A stretch of DNA of 32,000 nucleotides from Desulfocapsa sulfexigens DSM 10523 (GTDB taxonomy: Bacteria; Desulfobacterota; Desulfobulbia; Desulfobulbales; Desulfocapsaceae): positions 120,001-152,000 of the forward strand of contig NC_020304.1 in assembly GCF_000341395.1 (NCBI RefSeq). The letters are read 5' to 3'. Below the pieces are notes generated by a model. The model made no database searches, was not told where the DNA came from, and saw nothing but the letters and a program-made list of their open reading frames with translations. Positions 9,321 through 19,200 of this stretch are shown here, one piece after another (within the stretch, counting starts at the first letter, position 1; the number at the start of each line of letters is the position of its first letter). The translations under genes and the position numbers were made by a program.

Positions 9321-10307
9321 ATGAAGATAGGATTGACTTTTGATTTACGCTCCGCTTACCTGGAGATGGGATTCTCTGAGCTTGAAACAGCAGAATTCGA
9401 TCGTGACGACACTATTACAGCCATTGAAAATGCGCTGACCACACTGGGTCACAAATGTGAGCGAATCGGTCATGCCAGACAGCTTATGCAGGCCCTTACG
9501 GAGGGAAAACGCTGGGATCTGGTTTTTAATATCGCTGAAGGGATGTACGGCATAGGCCGTGAGGCCCAGATTCCGGCAATTTTGGATGTTTTCAATATTC
9601 CATATACTTTTTCGGATCCACTGGTCATGAGCCTGACTCTTCACAAGGGCATGACCAAACGGGTACTGCGGGATGCAAAAGTTGCCGTGAGTGATTTTCT
9701 GGTTGCTGAAAAGGGGTCTGAAGCTGCAGCAATATCCTTCGGAGGTCCATGGTTCATCAAACCAGTTGCCGAAGGAACGGGAAAGGGAATTGATCCCACC
9801 TCCATCGTCAGAGATAAAGCGGAGCTGCCGGGAGCCGTCGACCATTTGATAGAAAAGTTTAAGCAGCCTGTAATCATTGAACCCTACCTGCCCGGTCGGG
9901 AGTTCACCGTTGGTATAGTAGGAACGGGAAACGTGGCAAAAGTTCTGGGAACCATCGAGGTTGTCCTGCTACAGAACGCTGAGGAAGGTGTCTATTCCTA
10001 TGTCAACAAGGAGGAATGCGAAGAACGGGTGGAGTATCGGCTGGTTCACGGCAGTAAGGATCCCGTTGTCAAGGAGGCTGAAAACACAGCCCTTGAGGCC
10101 TGGCGTGTCCTTGGCTGCAGGGACGGAGGACGCGCGGATCTGCGCTGCAATGCAAACGGAAAACCGCTGTTTATGGAGGTCAACCCTCTTGCCGGTATTC
10201 ATCCGCAACATTCGGATCTTCCCATTCTCTGTACAATGCAAAACATTGATTACCTGAGTCTTGTGGAAATGATACTCACCTCAGCCTCCGCCAGGGTTAC
10301 ACTATGA
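9321..10307 (+). CDS. D-alanine--D-alanine ligase-like ATP-grasp protein (first of pair)
   Basis: WFIKPVAEGTGKGI, VIIEPYLPGREFTVGIVG, GRADLRCNANGKPLFMEVNPLAGIHP: a DD-ligase-type ATP-grasp fold. Confidence 0.85.
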   Translation: MKIGLTFDLRSAYLEMGFSELETAEFDRDDTITAIENALTTLGHKCERIGHARQLMQALTEGKRWDLVFNIAEGMYGIGREAQIPAILDVFNIPYTFSDPLVMSLTLHKGMTKRVLRDAKVAVSDFLVAEKGSEAAAISFGGPWFIKPVAEGTGKGIDPTSIVRDKAELPGAVDHLIEKFKQPVIIEPYLPGREFTVGIVGTGNVAKVLGTIEVVLLQNAEEGVYSYVNKEECEERVEYRLVHGSKDPVVKEAENTALEAWRVLGCRDGGRADLRCNANGKPLFMEVNPLAGIHPQHSDLPILCTMQNIDYLSLVEMILTSASARVTL

Positions 10308-11305
10308 ACTTTGCCGTTGTTCATAATTCCCTGGAAGCAAGTGACAGGCCGGATGCGATGGATGTGCTGACGCAGGTGGAGGCAGTAAAAAAAGCACTGA
10401 TCCAGCTTGGGCACCGGGTAAAGATTCTGGACTGTTCTCTGAATCTGGAGAAAATCAGTTGTGATCTCAAAGAGACGAAGACGGAACTGGTATTCAATCT
10501 GGTAGAATCCCTTGGAGGGCATGGTCGTCTGATTCATCTTTTCCCTGCACTGCTTGAGGTTTTACATCTTCCCTGTACAGGATCTTCAGCAGGAGCCATA
10601 TCCCTAAGCTCCAACAAAACTGAGGCCAAGAATTTACTGCGCAGTGCTGGCCTTCCCACCCCTGACTGGGCAGAACTTTTATCAAGTGGTGAAAAAAAAA
10701 TTAGCGGCAGCATTACGATGGATGCCACCTGGATCATAAAATCCCTATGGGAACATGCCTCACTGGGAATGAATGCAGACTCTCTGGTGCAACCCTCCAC
10801 GACAGATGAACTTTTCTCGCTCATGAATACCAAAAAGGACAGTCTGGGTGGTGCCTGCTTTGCCGAGCACTTTATTGACGGCCGGGAATTCAATATCTCC
10901 ATTCTTGCCGGAGAAAATGGCCCGGAAGTACTGCCTCCTGCCGAGATCCTCTTTGACAATTTCACCTCGGAGATGGCCAGGATTGTTGACTATAAGGCCA
11001 AGTGGGACGAATCATCCTTTGCCTACCAGCACACTCCGCGCAGCTTTGATTTCAGCTCTAAAGACAGAGTGATCCTTGAAAATCTAAAGGAGATCTCCCG
11101 GCAATGCTGGTTTCTTTTCAGGCTGAACGGCTATGCCCGGGTCGACTTCCGGGTCGACCCTGAAGGTAAACCCTGGATACTTGAGGTAAATGCCAACCCA
11201 TGTCTCTCACCGGATGCGGGGTTTTCCGCAGCACTGGCACGGGCCGGAATATCCTTCAGTGAAGCAATCCACCGAATTGTAGCAGATGTCCCTGTGACAG
11301 TTTGA
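10304..11305 (+). CDS. D-alanine--D-alanine ligase-like ATP-grasp protein (second of pair)
   Basis: TELVFNLVESLGGHGRLIHLFPALLEVLHLPCTGSSAGAISLSSNKTEAKNLL, WIIKSLWEHASLGM, FIDGREFNISIL, YARVDFRVDPEGKPWILEVNANPCLSPDAGF. A 4-nt overlap with the upstream gene. Confidence 0.85.
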   Translation: MNFAVVHNSLEASDRPDAMDVLTQVEAVKKALIQLGHRVKILDCSLNLEKISCDLKETKTELVFNLVESLGGHGRLIHLFPALLEVLHLPCTGSSAGAISLSSNKTEAKNLLRSAGLPTPDWAELLSSGEKKISGSITMDATWIIKSLWEHASLGMNADSLVQPSTTDELFSLMNTKKDSLGGACFAEHFIDGREFNISILAGENGPEVLPPAEILFDNFTSEMARIVDYKAKWDESSFAYQHTPRSFDFSSKDRVILENLKEISRQCWFLFRLNGYARVDFRVDPEGKPWILEVNANPCLSPDAGFSAALARAGISFSEAIHRIVADVPVTV

Positions 11306-11319
11306 AAGGAGTAATATAA

Positions 11320-13578
11320 ATGTTACGCGTACGCCGCATCTACGATGATGCACTGCCAGTCAACAAAGAGGAACTGCGTCAGGTAAAGGAAATCCTGCGT
11401 TCCAGATTCAGTGTTACCGATGAAAAGGAGATTGAATCCATAGGAGAAAAACTGCGAAATCCTTTCAAACAGCGATTCCGTACCATTCTCTTTGTGGCCG
11501 AAAGTGTGAAGGAGCGTGTGGATGGTTTTGCAATCCTGCTCCATGAACCCTTACTCTCGTTCACCTATCTTGACTGGATTGCCATAACGGCCAAGCGTGC
11601 AAGCTCGGGTATTGGCAGTGTGCTCTACGAACGGGTACGGCAGGAATCTGCGGCCCTGAAGGTGAAAGGTCTTTTCTTTGAATGTTTACCGGATTCTGAA
11701 ACCTTCTGTTCTGAACCGGAAATACTTCAGGAAAATAGTGCCAGACTCCGTTTTTATGAACAATACGGTGCCCGTCCCATCGTCAATACGGCCTACGAAA
11801 CCCCCATCAACCCGGATGACAGTTGTGCCCCGTTCCTGGTTTATGACGGTCTCGAGAACAAAAAACCACCCTCAAAGACCTTTGTCCGTAAGGCTGTGCG
11901 TGCTGTACTGGAACGAAAATACAGTGATATATGCTCGCCCGAGTATGTGGATACCGTTGTTTCCTCATTCAATGATGACCCGGTGCAACTTCGTCCATTT
12001 CTCTATGTGAAACCCGAAGTTGCCAGCAACACAGTGGAAAGCAGAAGTACAGAACAGATTGCTGTAGTGGTGAATGACCGTCACGACATTCACCACATCA
12101 ATGACAAGGGATACGTGGAGTCTCCGGTACGTGTCCGGTCAATCCTCAAGGAACTGGACAAAAGTGGATTATTTGTCCAGATAAAACCACGCCACTATGC
12201 CAACCATCATCTCCATCCGGTACACACTTCGGATCTGGTTGGATATCTGAAAAATGCCTGTGCAGACATGCCGGAGGGCAAGTCCCTCTATCCTTACATC
12301 TTCCCCATCCGCAATAAGATGCGACCGCCAAAGGAAAAATCTGTACTTGCCGGATATTACTGTATCGACACGTTCACGCCCATTAACAGAAATGCCTATC
12401 CCGCTGCCCGTCGAGCGGTTGACTGTGCCCTGACTGCAGCAGATGAAGTGCTTAATGGACGAAGAATAGCCTACGCTCTGGTCAGACCTCCAGGCCATCA
12501 CGCTGAAAGTGGCGCTTTTGGAGGATTCTGCTATTTCAACAACAGTGCAGTCGCCGCCCACTACCTGAGCGGATATGGCAGAACCGTAGTGCTTGACATC
12601 GACTATCATCACGGCAACGGTACCCAGGAGATTTTTTACCGCCGCGATGATGTTCTGACCATCTCCATCCACGGTCATCCAAGCTTCGCCTATCCCTATT
12701 TCAGTGGATTTGAAGAAGAAAAAGGTGAAGGCGAAGGCGAGGGTTTCAATCTCAACATCCCCCTTCCTGAATCGGTGGATGGGGTAAAATATCGCAGGGC
12801 GTTGCAGAAAGTTCTGGAAAGGGTCGAGGCTTTTAATCCAGCCTTTCTTGTCGTGGCCTTAGGCCTTGATCCTGCCAAAGGCGACCCGACAGGTACCTGG
12901 AGTCTGCTGGCAAAAGATTTTCAGGAAAACGGTAAAATGATAGGAGCTCTTGGGTTGCCGACCATCGTTATCCAGGAGGGCGGATACAAAACGCGAACCC
13001 TTGGTATCAACGCCATGCGGTTTTTCAAGGGTCTCAGCCTTGCCATTCAGCGATGGGCCGATTCACGCCATCCGGTGAAAAGCAAAATTCAAGGCATTGC
13101 CTACAGATACGAAGTCGAGGAGGCTGATCTGGAACGAGTAGCCAAACTTGCTTCCAGAACAGGCTTCTTCTCTGCGGAGGAAGTGGATGTAGCTGTGGAA
13201 CTGGTGCAGGAGAGACTGGAAAAAGGAGACGCCAGTGGCTATAATTTCATCATAGCAGAACATTACGGTCGCCTTGTCTCCTACACCTGTTATGGCGCAA
13301 TCCCCTGCACCCAGAGCGGACATGATCTCTACTGGATCGTTGTACATCCCGATTATCAGGGAAGAGGCGTTGGTAAAAGCATCCTCAAGGAAACCGAACA
13401 TGCCATCAGAAGTGGCGGCGGCGAGCGGATATACGCAGACACATCCCAACGACTGCAGTACGCCAGCACACGTGCCTTTTACGAAAACAACGGTTACCTC
13501 CAGGTGAGCCTGTTACCCGACTTCTATGGTCCCGATGATGGCAAGGTAGTCTACTGCAAAAATCTGCTGAAACAATAG
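11320..13578 (+). CDS. GNAT-HDAC/acetylpolyamine amidohydrolase-GNAT trifunctional fusion
   Basis: N-terminal GNAT-like (AKRASSGIGSVLYERVRQES...SARLRFYEQYGARPI). Central HDAC fold (RPPGHHAESGAFGGFCYFNN, VVLDIDYHHGNGTQEIFYRR, FSGFEEEKGEGEGEGFNLNIPLP, ALGLDPAKGDPTGTW, IQEGGYKTRTLG). C-terminal GNAT (WIVVHPDYQGRGVGKSILKETEHAI...STRAFYENNGY). Confidence 0.9.
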   Translation: MLRVRRIYDDALPVNKEELRQVKEILRSRFSVTDEKEIESIGEKLRNPFKQRFRTILFVAESVKERVDGFAILLHEPLLSFTYLDWIAITAKRASSGIGSVLYERVRQESAALKVKGLFFECLPDSETFCSEPEILQENSARLRFYEQYGARPIVNTAYETPINPDDSCAPFLVYDGLENKKPPSKTFVRKAVRAVLERKYSDICSPEYVDTVVSSFNDDPVQLRPFLYVKPEVASNTVESRSTEQIAVVVNDRHDIHHINDKGYVESPVRVRSILKELDKSGLFVQIKPRHYANHHLHPVHTSDLVGYLKNACADMPEGKSLYPYIFPIRNKMRPPKEKSVLAGYYCIDTFTPINRNAYPAARRAVDCALTAADEVLNGRRIAYALVRPPGHHAESGAFGGFCYFNNSAVAAHYLSGYGRTVVLDIDYHHGNGTQEIFYRRDDVLTISIHGHPSFAYPYFSGFEEEKGEGEGEGFNLNIPLPESVDGVKYRRALQKVLERVEAFNPAFLVVALGLDPAKGDPTGTWSLLAKDFQENGKMIGALGLPTIVIQEGGYKTRTLGINAMRFFKGLSLAIQRWADSRHPVKSKIQGIAYRYEVEEADLERVAKLASRTGFFSAEEVDVAVELVQERLEKGDASGYNFIIAEHYGRLVSYTCYGAIPCTQSGHDLYWIVVHPDYQGRGVGKSILKETEHAIRSGGGERIYADTSQRLQYASTRAFYENNGYLQVSLLPDFYGPDDGKVVYCKNLLKQ

Positions 13579-13756
13579 GCGAAGGGGATATGGTTGTCCC
13601 CAGGCTACCATACCTCCTGACCATATAATTATTGCCAGTGTTTTTTGAATCAGGTAGGGTCATGTCAGGTAAACATGTATTTTCATGGAGTTTCAATCCG
13701 TTGTAAGGATACCTGTACTCAATCCTTCTTCAACTCTCAACACGAGGAAAAGTCTG

Positions 13757-15187
13757 ATGGAAACATTCAGGACATATGACCCTGAGGATTATTACGACGA
13801 ATTAATCGACGACACCGGCAAACCCCGGCCTGGGGTTCAGTTACTGGTGGATAAGATTGAATCACTACCCGAAGGTGACCTGGCCATGCGCCAGAGAGAA
13901 GCGGAGGCCCTGCTCCTCAAAATGGGCATCACCTTCAATGTCTACGGCCGCGATGAGGGCACGGAAAAGATATTTCCCTTTGATATTATTCCCCGCATTG
14001 TTTCCGGCAGCGACTGGCAGCAGATAGAGAACGGCCTGAAACAGCGGATCTTTGCCCTGAATGAATTCCTCCAGGACATTTACAACGGCAAAAAGATCCT
14101 GAAGGATAAAATAATCCCTGAAGATCTTATACTCAGCAGCCGCACCTATCGCAAAGAATGTGAGGGCTTCACCCCTCCCCGCGGCATATGGTGCCATGTA
14201 ACGGGTACGGATCTGGTACGAGGCCGCAACGGAGAATTCTACGTACTGGAAGACAATCTCCGCTGCCCCTCGGGCGTCTCCTATGTCCTTGAAAACCGCC
14301 AGGTACTAAAACGGACATTCCCCCAGGTGTTTGAAGCCTCTCATGTGCGACCGGTGGACGACTATCCCACCAAACTCCTCGATATGCTTGAGTACCTGGC
14401 TCCAGACCACGTGCAATCACCCACCATTGGTGTTCTGACTCCCGGCATCTATAACAGCGCCTATTTCGAGCACTCTTTTCTCTCCCAGCAGATGGGAATA
14501 GAACTAGTGGAAGGCCGGGATCTTGTTGTCTCAGATGGATTTGTCCATATGTTGACCACCAAAGGCCTCAAACGTGTTGATGTCCTTTATCGTCGCATCG
14601 ATGATGATTTCATCGACCCGGATGTCTTTCGTCCCGATTCCATGCTTGGTGTCAAGGGGCTCATTGAAGTCTATAAAGCTGGTCGTATCGCCATGGCCAA
14701 TGCACCCGGAACTGGTATTGCCGACGACAAGGTGATTTACGCCTTCGTCCCCGAGATCATCAAGTATTACACAGGTGAGGATCCGATCCTGGCCAGTGTG
14801 CCCACCTATATCTGCGGCAACGATAAAGACCGCTCCTATGTTCTGGAACACCTCGATGAGCTGGTGGTCAAGGCCGCCAACGAGTCCGGTGGCTACGGCA
14901 TGCTGGTTGGCCCCCATTCAACCAGGGCAGAGCAGGCTGAGTTCGCCAAAAAAATAGTGGCCGAACCCCGTAACTACATGGCCCAACCCACCATTTCACT
15001 CTCCCGGGTACCTACCATTGTTGGCGACCGCATCGAAGGTCGCCATGTTGATCTGCGCCCCTATGTGTTGTACGGAGAGGAAATTTATGTACAGCCCGGT
15101 GGCCTTACCCGGGTGGCTCTTACCAAAGGGTCTCTGGTTGTCAACTCCTCCCAGGGTGGTGGAAGCAAAGACACCTGGGTACTGTAG
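13757..15187 (+). CDS. circularly permuted type 2 ATP-grasp protein
   Basis: METFRTYDPEDYYDELIDDTGKPRPG..., FYVLEDNLRCPSGVSYVLENR, ELVVKAANESGGYGMLVGP, QPGGLTRVALTKGSLVVNSSQGGGSKDTWVL. The ORF track starts at 13685, but the ATG at 13757 has a GAGGAAA Shine-Dalgarno and matches the usual N-terminus. Confidence 0.93.
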   Translation: METFRTYDPEDYYDELIDDTGKPRPGVQLLVDKIESLPEGDLAMRQREAEALLLKMGITFNVYGRDEGTEKIFPFDIIPRIVSGSDWQQIENGLKQRIFALNEFLQDIYNGKKILKDKIIPEDLILSSRTYRKECEGFTPPRGIWCHVTGTDLVRGRNGEFYVLEDNLRCPSGVSYVLENRQVLKRTFPQVFEASHVRPVDDYPTKLLDMLEYLAPDHVQSPTIGVLTPGIYNSAYFEHSFLSQQMGIELVEGRDLVVSDGFVHMLTTKGLKRVDVLYRRIDDDFIDPDVFRPDSMLGVKGLIEVYKAGRIAMANAPGTGIADDKVIYAFVPEIIKYYTGEDPILASVPTYICGNDKDRSYVLEHLDELVVKAANESGGYGMLVGPHSTRAEQAEFAKKIVAEPRNYMAQPTISLSRVPTIVGDRIEGRHVDLRPYVLYGEEIYVQPGGLTRVALTKGSLVVNSSQGGGSKDTWVL

Positions 15188-15213
15188 ACGATTTATATAG
15201 AGGAGAAATAAAG

Positions 15214-16212
15214 ATGCTTAGCCGTGTAGCCAACTCAATTTACTGGATGTGTCGATATATCGAACGGGCGGAAAATGTAGCCCGCTTTATCAGTGTCAAC
15301 CTCAACCTGTTACTCGATATGCCCTCAGAAAAGGGCAAACACTGGGAACCGCTGGTACTGACAACAGGTGATCAGGAACTGTTCGAAAAAAAGTATCAGA
15401 ACTATACCAAAGAGGCGGTAATCGAATTCCTTGCCTTTGACCGGAGTTACCCCAATTCCATTATCAGCTCCCTTGCGGGAGCAAGGGAAAACGGTCGGTC
15501 CATCCGTGAAATCATCTCTTCTGAAATGTGGGAACATTTAAACAATTTCTATCTGGAACTGACCGATGTAAAAAGCCAGACCATGGCTCTTGAGGATCCG
15601 CACCGCTTTTTCAAAATCATTCAGATGCGCAGTCACCTGTTCACCGGACTGCTGGACTCGACCATGAGCCATGGGGAAGCCTGGAACTTTGCCCGCATCG
15701 GTATGATGCTGGAACGGGCAGACAAAACCTCCAGAATCCTTGACGTCAAATACTTTATGCTGTTGCCGCACCCGGATCTGGTGAACAGTCCGATAGATAA
15801 CATTCAGTGGACATCGGTGCTCAAATCTGCCAGTGCTTTTGAAATGTATCGTAAGGAACATCATCGGATAACCCCGCATAAGGTGGCAAGCTTCCTGATT
15901 TTTGACAGCCAGTTTCCTCGTTCCATCCGCCATTGTATTTCCAAGGCCGATATCTGTCTGCATAGGATTGCCGGCTCACCGGAGGGGTCCGCAAGCAATC
16001 TTGCCGAGAAAAAGCTGGGCCGTCTCAAAGCTGATCTTGAATACACTGACATTGATGAAGTGGTCAAATCTGGTATGCATGAGTACCTGGACGATCTGCA
16101 GAGTCGGATCAACCAGATTGATGAAGTCATCGGAACCACATTCTTCAATCTCAGGCCCCTGATCGATGTATCAACAAACGACCAGCAGCAGTCCACGACC
16201 ACCAACAACTGA
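15214..16212 (+). CDS. alpha-E domain protein (standalone)
   Basis: MLSRVANSIYWMCRYIERAENVARFISVNLNLLLD, ...TSVLKSASAFEMYRKEHH, ...FPRSIRHCISKADICLHRI; adjacent to the cp ATP-grasp gene as in known pairs. Confidence 0.92.
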   Translation: MLSRVANSIYWMCRYIERAENVARFISVNLNLLLDMPSEKGKHWEPLVLTTGDQELFEKKYQNYTKEAVIEFLAFDRSYPNSIISSLAGARENGRSIREIISSEMWEHLNNFYLELTDVKSQTMALEDPHRFFKIIQMRSHLFTGLLDSTMSHGEAWNFARIGMMLERADKTSRILDVKYFMLLPHPDLVNSPIDNIQWTSVLKSASAFEMYRKEHHRITPHKVASFLIFDSQFPRSIRHCISKADICLHRIAGSPEGSASNLAEKKLGRLKADLEYTDIDEVVKSGMHEYLDDLQSRINQIDEVIGTTFFNLRPLIDVSTNDQQQSTTTNN

Positions 16213-16290
16213 ATGAAAAAGTAATCAATAAACATGGGGCCGCGATATACCCGGCAACCATGCTCTTGATTCACAATAAAAGGAATACTC

Positions 16291-19200
16291 ATGGGAATCC
16301 ATGTTGCCCTGAACCACAAGACCTCATACCATTACGACAAGCGTATCACCCTCTCTCCTCAGATTGTCCGTCTGCGCCCCGCTCCTCACTGCCGGACCCC
16401 CATTCTGAGCTACTCCATGACGGTAACTCCTGAAAAACATTTTATCAACTGGCAGCAGGATCCATTCAGTAACTACCTGGGCCGCCTGGTATTTCCCGAC
16501 AAAACAGACATTTTTGAGGTGGAGATCGATCTGGTGGCGGAGATGATTATCATCAACCCCTTTGATTATTTCCTGGAGCCTGACGCCGAATCATTTCCCT
16601 TTATTTATGAACCGGCTCTCAAACTGGACCTTGCTCCCTATCTGGCCAGAGAAAAGGCTGGGAAAAAGCTCCAGGAGTACATAAACAAGATAGAGCTCAA
16701 ACCAAGACAGACCATCGATTTCCTGGTGGATCTGAACATGAAGCTGAGTCATGATATCAGCTATCTTATCCGCATGGAACCGAACGTGCAAAGCTGTGAA
16801 AAGACCCTCACTCTTGGCAGCGGCTCATGCAGGGATTCTGCCTGGTTGCTGGTCAATATCCTGCGTCATCTCGGTCTGGCTGCCCGTTTCGTTTCCGGTT
16901 ACCTGATCCAGTTGAAACAGGATATCAAATCCCTGGACGGTCCATCGGGAACAGAAGTTGACTTCACCGATCTCCATGCCTGGACAGAGGTTTACATTCC
17001 AGGGGCTGGTTGGGTGGGTATGGATCCAACCTCCGGACTTTTCGCCGGAGAAGGACACATTCCCCTGGCCTGCTCGCCTGAACCACAGAGTGCAGCTCCC
17101 ATCACCGGAGGCCTCGAATTATGTGAAGTTGACTTCAGTCACACCATGAGTGTGACAAGAATTCACGAAGCACCCCGCTCCACCCGCCCCTACCCCGAAG
17201 AAGTCTGGAGAGAGATCGTTGAATTGGGAGAACAGGTTGATCAGAAACTGACCGATGGCGATGTCCGTCTGACCATGGGAGGGGAACCCACATTTGTTTC
17301 AATCGACGATATGGATGGCGCTCAATGGAACACCGACGCCCTTGGAGAAGAAAAACTGGAGCTTTCCGGAATTCTCATTAAGGAACTGCGAAAGAAATGG
17401 GCTCCCGGAGGATTTCTCCATCATGGCCAGGGCAAATGGTATCCGGGAGAGCCCCTGCCCCGCTGGGCCATGGGCTGCTATTGGCGAAAAGACGGTAAAC
17501 CTGTCTGGAAGGATGACCAGTGGCTGGCCGATGCCTCCAAAGATTATGGTTTTGATGCTGGAGATGCCAAACTTTTCATCGAGACACTGGCAGACAATCT
17601 GAGGGTGAGTCAGCGCTATATACGGGAAAGTTACGAAGACATCTTCTATTACCTGTACAAAGAGCAACGGTTGCCGGTAAATGTGGATCCTGCAGATCCA
17701 AAGCTTGACAGTGCTCTGGAACGCGCTCATATGGTACGAGCCTTTCAGCGAGGACTGGGATCAGTGGTCGGCTACGTCCTCCCTCTGCAGCATGGCTCCT
17801 GGAAGAGTGGCCCCTGGCCTTTCCGCGATGGACGGATGTTCCTTGTACCCGGTGATTCTCCTGCCGGCCTGCGCCTCCCCCTGGCCTCTCTGCCATGGGT
17901 AGCCAAAGAGGACATCCAGGAGGGGCACCCCCTGGATCCAATGATAGACAGAGAGCCCTTACCCGAACTGCATGAAAATCAGAAAGTTGTGGAAGGACAG
18001 GCTGTAGCAGTGACAGGTGACAATGTTCATATTCAGCCTGAACCCTATGCTGACCCGGAGCCCGTCAAGGGAGAATCTGCTGCCTGGCTGGTACGCACAG
18101 CCCTCTGCGTGCAGCCCCGGGAAGGACGCCTCTATATATTTATGCCACCGGTGGAATCTCTGGAGGGATACCTTGAGCTGGTGTCCATCGTCGAAGCAAC
18201 TGCCGCACAGACTCAGTTGCCGGTAATCATCGAAGGATATACACCGCCCTTTGACCCGCGCCTCCAGAATCTGAAAATCACCCCGGATCCCGGAGTCATT
18301 GAAGTGAATATCCAGCCCATGCACAGCTGGCAGGAGCTGGTTGAATGTACCACCACCCTTTACGACACTGCCCGAGAGGCACGTCTGGGTACTGAAAAGT
18401 TCATGATTGACGGCCGACACACCGGCACCGGTGGTGGTAATCATATCGTCATCGGTGGATCCACCCCTGGAGACAGCCCGTTTCTACGAAGGCCGGATCT
18501 GCTTCGCAGTTTTGTCACCTTCTGGAATAATCATCCGTCCCTCTCTTTTCTTTTTTCCGGACTCTTTATCGGCCCCACCAGCCAGCAGCCGCGAATTGAT
18601 GAGGCCCGCCATGACAGCCTCTATGAACTGGAAATCGCCTTTGCTGAACTGGACAGACAGACAGGTTCGGATCAGCCCTGCCCTCCCTGGCTGGTGGATC
18701 GAATTTTCCGCCACCTGCTGGTGGACGTTACCGGTAACACCCACCGGGCCGAATTCTGTATCGATAAGCTCTATTCACCGGACAGTGCTAGCGGAAGACT
18801 GGGCCTCCTTGAATTTCGCGCCTTTGAGATGCCTCCCCACGCCCGTATGAGCCTCGCCCAGCAGCTGCTGTTGCGTAGCTTTGTTGCCTGGTTCTGGGAG
18901 ACGCCCTATCGTCAGAGTCTGGTGCACTGGGGAACACGGCTCCATGATCGCTTTATGCTGCCCCAGCCGGTACGGGATGATTTTGCTGATGTCCTGAATA
19001 TTCTGAACCGGGCTGGCTTCCCTGTCTCGATGGATTTTTTCCATCCTCATTTCGAATTTCGCTTTCCCATTTACGGCAAAGTAACGGTTCAGGGCATGGA
19101 GATTGAACTGCGCCAGGCTCTTGAGCCCTGGCACGTATTGGGCGAAGAACCAGGCGGTGGTGGCACTGTCCGCTACGTTGACGGCTCACTGGAGAGGCTC

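Noticed and set aside
9321-11305. Calling the ATP-grasp pair ddl (cell-wall D-Ala-D-Ala ligase)
   Set aside because: The fold matches, but context and divergent active-site segments do not support peptidoglycan function, so no symbol was assigned.
12169-12678. 169-aa minus-strand ORF inside the HDAC domain
   Set aside because: Antisense shadow of a conserved coding region with no supporting start or domain evidence.
12721-12750. Short GGTGAAGGCGAAGGCGAGGGT repeat
   Set aside because: It encodes the KGEGEGEG stretch typical of acetylpolyamine-amidohydrolase-like proteins rather than an independent repeat element.
11320-13578. N-acetylglutaminylglutamine amide (NAGGN) osmolyte operon
   Set aside because: That pathway uses an asparagine-synthetase-like protein and a GNAT/ATP-grasp fusion; neither is present here.
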